Positions 1-6,733 of a stretch of 30,380 nucleotides of DNA are shown piece after piece. How positions within the stretch are numbered: position 1 is the first letter of the stretch; the number at the start of each line of letters is the position of its first letter. The stretch spans positions 1 through 30,380 of the IMG/VR virus record IMGVR_UViG_3300032295_000600; one strand, written 5' to 3'. Below the pieces are notes generated by a model, which did no database searches, was not told the origin of the DNA, and saw only the letters and a list, made by a program, of their open reading frames with translations. The stretch is from a virus. Lineage: Duplodnaviria; Caudoviricetes. The translations under genes and the position numbers were made by a program.

Positions 1-339
1 AACAACCCATCGTTTGCCAAGAAAGTAGGCGTCCCACAGTCAGTGGGTAAAGAATTCTCTAACGCGGACAAGAGCCGCAAATTTAAAGAAGGTGGCGATA
101 TGAAAGAGTCCAAAGCAATGGTTAAAAAAGAAGTGTCCTTCATGAAAAAGAAGGGCGCTCCTGCGTCCATGATTAAACATGAAAAGGCTGAAGCCGGTAT
201 GAAAAAAGGCGGCATGCCCATGAAAATGAAAGACGGCAAAAAAGTGCCTATTTTTATGGCTAAAGGCGGCGGCATTGAGACCAAGGGTAAAACCAAGGGC
301 ACAATGGTTAAGATGAAGTCCGGCGGAAAGATGTGCTAA
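1..339 (+). CDS. Small Lys/Met-rich basic protein, 5' truncated (putative internal virion / DNA-condensing protein)
   Basis: Frame 1 is open from base 1 (NNPSFAKKVGVPQSVGKEF...), so the GTG at 43 is probably not the start. Very K/M/G rich, with FKEGG, MKKGG, MAKGG, MKSGG and a KGKTKGTMV segment. Confidence 0.8.
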   Translation, partial: NNPSFAKKVGVPQSVGKEFSNADKSRKFKEGGDMKESKAMVKKEVSFMKKKGAPASMIKHEKAEAGMKKGGMPMKMKDGKKVPIFMAKGGGIETKGKTKGTMVKMKSGGKMC

Positions 340-342
340 ATC

Positions 343-546
343 ATGAGCGATACACCGCGCATGAGGCCCGCTAAAAAGATATACGAGGACATGCTCAATG
401 AGCCAACTCGTCCGTCTACAGGGCACACATCCAAAGCCATGAGCATGGCCGATAAAATGTTTGCTCCTGTTAAAAAGGCCAAAGGCGGTGTGACGCGTGC
501 TGATGGTTGTTGTATCAAAGGTCACACAAAAGGAAAGATGGTTTAA
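343..546 (+). CDS. Small basic protein ending in GGVTRADGC..KGHTKG.M motif
   Basis: 67-aa ORF packed 3 nt after the previous stop. Its C-terminal 20 aa are paralogous to those of the next gene. Confidence 0.8.
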   Translation: MSDTPRMRPAKKIYEDMLNEPTRPSTGHTSKAMSMADKMFAPVKKAKGGVTRADGCCIKGHTKGKMV

Positions 547-548
547 TC

Positions 549-803
549 ATGGCAAAAATTTCTGATATTTTGGCGACAGGTGTTGGCGGCATTTTGCCTA
601 TGCTGATGGCAAAAGATTACAACAAGAACGCTGCTGCTAAAGCTACCACTGCAGCCGATGAGGCGCGTCAACAAGCCGCCGCTGCTTCTGCACAAGGCCA
701 GCCTATGAAAAAAGGCGGTAGAGCCAAAGGTTATGCTAAAGGTGGCGTGACTCGTGCAGACGGTTGCGTGACCAAAGGTCACACTAAAGGCAGGATGATC
801 TAA
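549..803 (+). CDS. Small basic/Ala-rich protein ending in GGVTRADGC..KGHTKG.M motif
   Basis: ATG at 549 follows the TAA at 544-546. Contains MKKGG and YAKGG and the shared C-terminus GGVTRADGCVTKGHTKGRMI. Confidence 0.8.
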   Translation: MAKISDILATGVGGILPMLMAKDYNKNAAAKATTAADEARQQAAAASAQGQPMKKGGRAKGYAKGGVTRADGCVTKGHTKGRMI

Positions 804-804
804 C

Positions 805-1080
805 ATGATGGCCAGTCGCGGTATGGGGGACATCAACCCCTCTAAAATGCCCGGCGGTAAGCGTAAAGCTCGCCGTGATGACACTGACTTCACGCAGTAC
901 AAAGATGGTGGTAAAGTCAATGCGGCTGGCAACTACACAAAGCCTAGTCTTCGCAAACGTATCGTGAGCCAAGTCAAAGCGGCGGCAACTCAAGGTACAG
1001 GCGCAGGCCAATGGTCGGCGCGTAAAGCGCAACTTGTAGCCAAGAAGTACAAGGCTGCTGGCGGTGGGTATAGGGACTAG
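805..1080 (+). CDS. Basic protein, DUF5872-like (YTKPSLRKRI...GQWSARKAQL...YKAAGGGY)
   Basis: The GQWSARKAQ...GGGY motif is recalled from the DUF5872 family and is preceded by YKDGGKV. Start is 805 or 808. Confidence 0.75.
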   Translation: MMASRGMGDINPSKMPGGKRKARRDDTDFTQYKDGGKVNAAGNYTKPSLRKRIVSQVKAAATQGTGAGQWSARKAQLVAKKYKAAGGGYRD

Positions 1081-1081
1081 T

Positions 1082-1315
1082 ATGAAGGCTCCTCAGAAAT
1101 CACTGAAGGATTGGGGCGACCAAAAATGGAGAACCAAAAGTGGTAAAAAATCTTCTGACACGGGTGAGCGATACCTTCCTAGTGCTGCGATTAAAAGTCT
1201 CAGTCCTGCTGAGTACGCTGCGACAACGCGTGCGAAACGTGCTGGCAAAAAAGCCGGACAACAATTCGTAAAGCAACCCAAGACTATTGCAAAGAAAACA
1301 GCAGGGTTTAGATAA
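1082..1315 (+). CDS. Basic protein resembling the downstream half of cellular DUF5872-containing proteins
   Basis: ATG at 1082, 1 nt after the upstream TAG. Motifs QKSLKDW..QKWRTKSG, RYLP, AATTRAKR, QFVKQP. The stop overlaps the next ATG (TAATG). Confidence 0.75.
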   Translation: MKAPQKSLKDWGDQKWRTKSGKKSSDTGERYLPSAAIKSLSPAEYAATTRAKRAGKKAGQQFVKQPKTIAKKTAGFR

Positions 1316-2262
1316 TGGCAACTTCAGGCGTCGCAAACTTCAACCTCGACTTGACGGAAATCGTTGAGGACGCATTCGAGCGTAACGGCTCAGAGTTGCG
1401 TACGGGCTACGACTTGAAAACGGCCCGTCGCTCATTAAACTTGTTGTTTGCCGACTGGTCAAACCGTGGCGTCAACATGTGGACGTTTGAGCAAGGCACG
1501 ATACCTCTTGTGGCCGGTCAAAACACATATGCACTGCCAAATGACACAGTTGACTTGCTTGAGCATGTTATTCGTACCGGCTCAAACACAGCTTCAACGC
1601 AAGCAGACCTGACAATTACGCGTATTAGTGTTTCTACTTACGCTACGATCCCTAATAAACTTCAACAAGCCAGACCCATTCAGATCTGGATTCAGCGCTT
1701 AAATGGGCAAGATTCCCCTATTGCAGCCTCGCTTACAACAACCATTACGTCTACAAGCACAGAGATTGTGTTGAGTGACGTTACGGGTTTACCCTATACA
1801 GGCTTCATTAAGATTGATAACGAGATTATCAATTACGGCTACATCATACAGAACACGAACGCTAGCTCCGGTACGCTATACAACTGCTTCCGTGGCCAGC
1901 AAGATACCATTGCTGCAGCGCATACTGCACCAGCTACTGTCTATTGGTCTCAAGTCCCTGCAGTCACTGTGTGGCCTACCCCAGACAACTCTCAGCCGTA
2001 CACGCTTGTTTACTGGCGCATGCGTCGCACGCAGGATGCTGGCGGTGGTGTAAATGTTATGGACATCCCATTTCGTTTTGTGCCTTGCATGGTTGCTGGA
2101 CTGTCTTACTACTTGGCCATGAAGATTCCTAATGCCATGGACCGGTTGCCCATACTCAAACAGCAGTATGACGAGGCTTGGGAGTTGGCTGCTACGGAAG
2201 ACCGCGAGACAGCAACTCAGCGTTTTGTCCCCCGCCGTCAGTACATCGGGAGCGGCACATAA
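1315..2262 (+). CDS. Head-to-tail adaptor / tail tubular-like virion protein with an inserted beta-rich domain
   Basis: 315 aa. Helical N-terminus (ARRSLNLLFADWSNRG), VWPTPD and helical C-terminus (LSYYLAMK...LKQQYDEAW) typical of podophage adaptors. S/T-rich insert at about 1702-1953. Confidence 0.65.
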   Translation: MATSGVANFNLDLTEIVEDAFERNGSELRTGYDLKTARRSLNLLFADWSNRGVNMWTFEQGTIPLVAGQNTYALPNDTVDLLEHVIRTGSNTASTQADLTITRISVSTYATIPNKLQQARPIQIWIQRLNGQDSPIAASLTTTITSTSTEIVLSDVTGLPYTGFIKIDNEIINYGYIIQNTNASSGTLYNCFRGQQDTIAAAHTAPATVYWSQVPAVTVWPTPDNSQPYTLVYWRMRRTQDAGGGVNVMDIPFRFVPCMVAGLSYYLAMKIPNAMDRLPILKQQYDEAWELAATEDRETATQRFVPRRQYIGSGT

Positions 2263-2652
2263 ATGGGCAATCAATTTGCCAGTGCTAAGAATTCGATCGC
2301 CCAGTGCGATCGTTGTGGTTTTCGTTTCAAACTTACGGAACTGCGCAAAGAAATCGTTAAGACCAAGACGTACAATCTCTTGGTCTGCGACTCCTGCTGG
2401 GACCCCGATCAGCCTCAGTTGCAGCTCGGTATGTACCCTGTGGACGATCCTCAAGCGGTGCGCAATCCTCGCAGAGATACAACATACGTGACGGCAGGCC
2501 CTAACGTGGCAGGCTTTCCAACAGGCGGTAGCCGAGACATTCAGTGGGGTTGGAACCCTGTTGGGGGTTCTCGATTCTTCGATGACGCGTTGACACCAAA
2601 CACTTTGGTATTGACTGCTGCTATCGGTCAAGTGACAATCTCAACATCCTAA
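2263..2652 (+). CDS. Conserved phage protein with CxxC...CxxC (putative Zn-binding)
   Basis: 129 aa with CDRC and CDSC motifs; directly abuts the upstream stop. Confidence 0.75.
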   Translation: MGNQFASAKNSIAQCDRCGFRFKLTELRKEIVKTKTYNLLVCDSCWDPDQPQLQLGMYPVDDPQAVRNPRRDTTYVTAGPNVAGFPTGGSRDIQWGWNPVGGSRFFDDALTPNTLVLTAAIGQVTISTS

Positions 2653-2662
2653 GGAGTTTATG

Positions 2663-2827
2663 ATGGACGCAAAGAAAGCAGTGCGCAAGCACGAAGCAAA
2701 TATGCACCCCGGTGCTAAGCCTACCAAGCTGCGTGCTGGTGGCAAAACCAACAGCGACATGCTGAAGATGGGCCGTGGTTTGGCTAAGATTGCCAACCAG
2801 AAGTCCCCCGGACGCAAAGGAGCTTGA
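2663..2827 (+). CDS. Small basic protein (54 aa), not in the ORF track
   Basis: AGGAG RBS at 2652-2656, ATG at 2663 (alternative 2660). MDAKKAVRKHEANMHPGAKPTKLRAGGKTNSDMLKMGRGLAKIANQKSPGRKGA, TGA at 2825-2827. Fills the gap between flanking genes. Confidence 0.8.
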   Translation: MDAKKAVRKHEANMHPGAKPTKLRAGGKTNSDMLKMGRGLAKIANQKSPGRKGA

Positions 2828-2828
2828 T

Positions 2829-3032
2829 ATGGCAACGTACCGCTCCCCCAAGCCTGCGCCTACTCAGGCTGTACTTAAAAAAGACAGTGCCTTGAAACAC
2901 ATGGCGGACACCAACGTGTCCGTGGCCAACGACCATAGCAATGAGTACCCCGGAGTCAAAACTTCTGGTATTAAGATTCGTGGTACTGGCGCGGCTACCA
3001 AAGGCGTAATGGCTCGCGGCCCAATGGCCTGA
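2829..3032 (+). CDS. Small basic protein with C-terminal RGTGAATKG motif
   Basis: AAGGAG upstream and ATG at 2829. The C-terminus KTSGIKIRGTGAATKGVMARGPMA resembles the RADG..KG tails of the first small proteins. Confidence 0.8.
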   Translation: MATYRSPKPAPTQAVLKKDSALKHMADTNVSVANDHSNEYPGVKTSGIKIRGTGAATKGVMARGPMA

Positions 3033-3039
3033 TACGCAC

Positions 3040-3912
3040 ATGAACTACACCCAGTTGCAAGCTGCAATCTGCGATTACACGCAGAACTTTGAACAAGACT
3101 TTGTTGCAAACATTCCGGTGTTTGTGCAGCAGGCAGAGCAGCGCATTTTCAACACGGTGCAGTTCCCGTCTTTGCGTAAGAACGTCACGGGTGCCAGTAG
3201 CGCAAACGTAAAGTACCTGAGTTGCCCAGAAGACTTCTTGGCGGTTTACTCAATGGCTACATTTTCGGATGCCACAACCTCAGCGACAAAAGTAACTGAA
3301 TTTACAATGCAAGTGGTTTCGCCTACAGGCATTATTCGTGGCCAGAACGTAACCGGAACAGGCATATTTTCAGGGACAACTGTGGTTAGTGTGGTTGGTG
3401 ATATTGTTACGGTGTCTCAATCGCTTTCTGCATTCACCACGGGCTCACTAAATTTCCAAGGCGATTACGAGTACTTGCTCAACAAGGACGTAAACTTCAT
3501 CCGTCAGGCGTACCCCAACCCCGGTGCAACGGGCGCTCCAAAGTACTATGCGTTGTTTGGCCCCACCTCATCTGGCGTGACAATTACGGATGAGTTGACT
3601 TTTCTTTTAGGCCCCACGCCGGATGCGCCGTACATGGTCGAGTTGCACTATTACTACTACCCTGCCTCAATTGCCACAGCAGGTACATCTTGGCTTGGCG
3701 ACAACTTTGACACGGTGCTGCTGTACGGCTCGCTGGTCGAGGCTGTGACGTTCATGAAAGGCGAGGCCGATATGGTTGCGTTGTATGACGGCAAGTACAA
3801 AGAAGCACTGGGTATGGCCAAGCGTTTGGGCGACGGTCTGGAGCGCAGCGATTCGTACCGCAGTGGGCAGTACCGTGTGGCACCGCTACCGCAGAACAGC
3901 GGGGTAGTCTAG
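3040..3912 (+). CDS. Head-tail adaptor / tail tubular protein A-like, with an inserted domain
   Basis: 290 aa. MNYTQLQAAICDY...FVQQAEQRI N-terminus, PKYYA, GPTPD, LLYGSLVEA. T/V-rich insert at about 3260-3459. Confidence 0.65.
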   Translation: MNYTQLQAAICDYTQNFEQDFVANIPVFVQQAEQRIFNTVQFPSLRKNVTGASSANVKYLSCPEDFLAVYSMATFSDATTSATKVTEFTMQVVSPTGIIRGQNVTGTGIFSGTTVVSVVGDIVTVSQSLSAFTTGSLNFQGDYEYLLNKDVNFIRQAYPNPGATGAPKYYALFGPTSSGVTITDELTFLLGPTPDAPYMVELHYYYYPASIATAGTSWLGDNFDTVLLYGSLVEAVTFMKGEADMVALYDGKYKEALGMAKRLGDGLERSDSYRSGQYRVAPLPQNSGVV

Positions 3913-3913
3913 T

Positions 3914-4321
3914 ATGGCGTTTGACCAAACTCTCACCACGCAAGCTAAGCTGATTGCATTGCAGGCTCTGTCCACTGGCACCCTCAAGATGGCTTTGTAC
4001 ACAGCTAATGCTAGCCTTGGTGCAGGCACTTTGATATACACCACGGATAACGAAGTTGTTGGTACTGGATATACGGCTGGCGGTAACACACTGACCAATG
4101 TGACGGTGCTGACTTCGGACACAACCGCATACCTTGACTTTGACGACGTAGTCTGGAACCCTGCCGTATTTACTGCGCGTGGGGCTCTCATCTACAATAC
4201 AAGCCTTAGCAATCTTGCTGTGGCTGTTTTGGACTTCGGGGCCGATAAAACGACCACAACAACTTTCACTGTGCAGACGCCCGCTAACACGGCCACGGCT
4301 GCGCTCATTCGATTCGCATAA
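3914..4321 (+). CDS. Virion structural protein (fibre/decoration-associated beta protein)
   Basis: 135 aa, T/A-rich. KMALYT, NEVVGTGYTAGG, ARGALIYN and VLDFGADKT motifs common in phage structural modules. Confidence 0.7.
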   Translation: MAFDQTLTTQAKLIALQALSTGTLKMALYTANASLGAGTLIYTTDNEVVGTGYTAGGNTLTNVTVLTSDTTAYLDFDDVVWNPAVFTARGALIYNTSLSNLAVAVLDFGADKTTTTTFTVQTPANTATAALIRFA

Positions 4322-4330
4322 GGAGCAACC

Positions 4331-4918
4331 ATGTCTCTTCCAGCACAACACGCTACTTCTACAGACACTGTAATCGGCAACGTCAGCAAACTGACGGAGT
4401 CCGATAATAAAGTTAAAGCTGGAGGTGTGTTTCACGTCAAGTGCCACGACGCCAACGGTGACCTTAAGTGGGAAGTCGAGAAGCACAACCTCGTTGTTAA
4501 CGTCGGTTTGCAAGACATGAACACGCAGTACTTTACAGGCGTAGGTTACACCGCTGCTTGGTACATTGGTTTGTATGGCGCAGGAGCCACAAACACTCCC
4601 GCTGCCACAGACACCATGGCCTCACACGCAGGTTGGACCGAGATCACGGCGTACAGCCAAGCTACTCGCCCAGCATGCACGTTTGGTGTCCCAACTACTG
4701 CAGACCCTTCCGTAGCGACTAACACTGCCGCGCCAGCCACATACAACATCAACGGCTCGGTGACCATCGGCGGTGCGTTTTTGACCAGCAGCAACACTAA
4801 GGGCGGCAATACCGGCGTTTTATTTTCAGCGTCGGACTTTCAAGCCCCCGGCGACCGTATTGTGGTGAGCGGCGATACGCTGACCGTCACATACACTTTC
4901 AGCCTCGATGCCGTTTAA
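4331..4918 (+). CDS. Virion structural protein (fibre-associated beta protein)
   Basis: AAGGAG RBS; 195 aa. NLVVNVG, WYIGL, WTEIT.YS..TRP and GDTLTVTY motifs. Confidence 0.7.
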   Translation: MSLPAQHATSTDTVIGNVSKLTESDNKVKAGGVFHVKCHDANGDLKWEVEKHNLVVNVGLQDMNTQYFTGVGYTAAWYIGLYGAGATNTPAATDTMASHAGWTEITAYSQATRPACTFGVPTTADPSVATNTAAPATYNINGSVTIGGAFLTSSNTKGGNTGVLFSASDFQAPGDRIVVSGDTLTVTYTFSLDAV

Positions 4919-4928
4919 GGAGTAGCAC

Positions 4929-5108
4929 ATGGCGACTTTGTTCAAAAAAGATGACGTAGTTAAACTTGTTGTGCAAGCACCCACTGGCCCAGTTAAGTCT
5001 TTTAGAATGCTAGAGGACGGGACCGTGCAGTGCCTAGTTGAGTGGGCTGACTCTGAAGGCAATTTGCAACAGCGTTGGTTTAACGAGGCAGACCTTAGCG
5101 CTGCCTGA
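4929..5108 (+). CDS. Small YodC/DUF2158-like SH3-type protein (59 aa), not in the ORF track
   Basis: AAGGAG RBS at 4917-4922. MATLFKKDDVVKLVVQAPTGPV...VQCLVEWADSEGNLQQRWFNEADLSAA, TGA at 5106-5108. Confidence 0.75.
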   Translation: MATLFKKDDVVKLVVQAPTGPVKSFRMLEDGTVQCLVEWADSEGNLQQRWFNEADLSAA

Positions 5109-5117
5109 CGGTAACGT

Positions 5118-6206
5118 ATGTTTGGCCTGTCAGCATACGCAGCTACTCCTTACGCAGCCACTGGCGGCACCACTTTTGCAACAGGGGTGGCTGAGAGTGC
5201 GCGTGTATCGGATTTAGCCAGCGGGGCTTTATTTGCTAATTCAGCAGTTTTAGAATATGCCGCACTTACAGATACGGCAAACGCACTTGTTCAAATTTTT
5301 GGTCTGATTGATGAACAGGCTGCTTTGACAGACAGCGTCTCAACTGCGTTCAACCCGTTTGTCTCTGTTTCGGAGTCCGCGTTTGCTGAAGACGTGACCG
5401 TTAGCTCAGTTAATTTTGTAGGGCTTCTGTCTGAACAAGCTACTGCATCTGATAGTCTATTTGCTGGCGGGTTTCTTGGGGCACGTTTTGCCGATACTGC
5501 AAGAGCGCAAGATCAGGCAGCGGCAATTTTTGCCGTTGGCGCGTCTGTAGCAGACTCTGCGCAAGGTCTTGACGAGACGGAGGGCGTTAGACTTTTCTTC
5601 CGAACAGTCTTGGAGTTTGCGCAAGGTGTAGATACGGTAGCTTCTTCCGCTGCCTTTTTGGCGAATACTGCTGACACGGCTCAGATTCAAGATACGCCGG
5701 TTGGGCGCGTTCTGTTTAGTACAGCCGTCAGCGAAAGTGTTCAGGGATCAAATACATTTTCATCCATCCCGACTTACAGCACTAACATTCTTGAGTCCGT
5801 TACCGCGTCCGACGTGGCGGCAGGTAAAATTAATTTTGCAGTTCAAATTATTGAGCTGGTCCAAGGTAGCGTTGTAATCCCAACAAACGCTGATCTGCAC
5901 ATCGGATTCCAAGATAGCGCGTTTGCGCTGGATCGGTACCCCAACAACGTCCACGTTTTTGCAAACCTCAGCGAAGGTGTGCAAATTTCTACACAAGATT
6001 TCATTGGCCGGTTCCTTTGGGAATTAATTGATGACACGCAGATCGCAAACTGGCAGAATATAGCCAATACCCAAAATCCCGGGTGGGTGCTGGTATCGTC
6101 CGCGCAGGGCGCTGTCTGGCAACTACTGAATACAACGCAGGGCAGTGGGTGGCAGGTTATTGACACCAATCAGAGCCCGTCTTGGAACAACATTAACAAC
6201 ATCTGA
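5118..6206 (+). CDS. Repeat-built virion protein (about 14 x 20-aa repeats plus 6 x 11-aa Trp repeats)
   Basis: A [ED]-x-[AV]-x-x-x-D pattern recurs every 20 aa. In the C-terminus, Trp recurs every 11 aa. Confidence 0.75.
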   Translation: MFGLSAYAATPYAATGGTTFATGVAESARVSDLASGALFANSAVLEYAALTDTANALVQIFGLIDEQAALTDSVSTAFNPFVSVSESAFAEDVTVSSVNFVGLLSEQATASDSLFAGGFLGARFADTARAQDQAAAIFAVGASVADSAQGLDETEGVRLFFRTVLEFAQGVDTVASSAAFLANTADTAQIQDTPVGRVLFSTAVSESVQGSNTFSSIPTYSTNILESVTASDVAAGKINFAVQIIELVQGSVVIPTNADLHIGFQDSAFALDRYPNNVHVFANLSEGVQISTQDFIGRFLWELIDDTQIANWQNIANTQNPGWVLVSSAQGAVWQLLNTTQGSGWQVIDTNQSPSWNNINNI

Positions 6207-6212
6207 CACACA

Positions 6213-6722
6213 ATGGCACTTGTTCTTGCAGACCGCGTACGAGAAACAACCGATACAGCTGGTACCGGCGCGGTAGCGCTTGACGGCGCTGTTACGTCAT
6301 ATCAGTCTTTTTCTCAGGGTATTGGTGATGGCAATCAGACGTACTACACAATTGCAGCGCCGTTGCTCAACGAGTGGGAAGTCGGAATTGGTACGTACAC
6401 GTTAAGCACTGACACACTGTCTCGTACCACCGTTTTATCTTCTAGCAACTTTGGCGCACTTGTCAATTTTACACTGGGGGCAAAGGACGTCTTTGTCACT
6501 CAACCGGCTGAGCGCACAGTTTTTGTTGACTTGTATAATGCTATACAAGGCGCAAACACCGCCAATGCTGGTTTAGCTGTTAGTATTTTTAGCTCGCAAT
6601 CGCAAGGAAGTCTTGTGTTTCCAGAATATGCCAATGGAATGTCATTAGGGCCTTTAAATATAGGCCCCAATTCGTCTATTACAGTTGCTCCCGGGCAGTA
6701 CTGGCTGCTAGTAACACCTTAA
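6213..6722 (+). CDS. Fibre anchor/adaptor protein
   Basis: [13 protein letters not shown]...WEVGIGTY...[11 protein letters not shown]...KDVFVT is a recurring phage fibre N-terminal module. Short C-terminal NGMSLGP.....ITVAPGQYW module. Confidence 0.6.
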   Translation: MALVLADRVRETTDTAGTGAVALDGAVTSYQSFSQGIGDGNQTYYTIAAPLLNEWEVGIGTYTLSTDTLSRTTVLSSSNFGALVNFTLGAKDVFVTQPAERTVFVDLYNAIQGANTANAGLAVSIFSSQSQGSLVFPEYANGMSLGPLNIGPNSSITVAPGQYWLLVTP

Positions 6723-6733
6723 CAGGAAGTATC

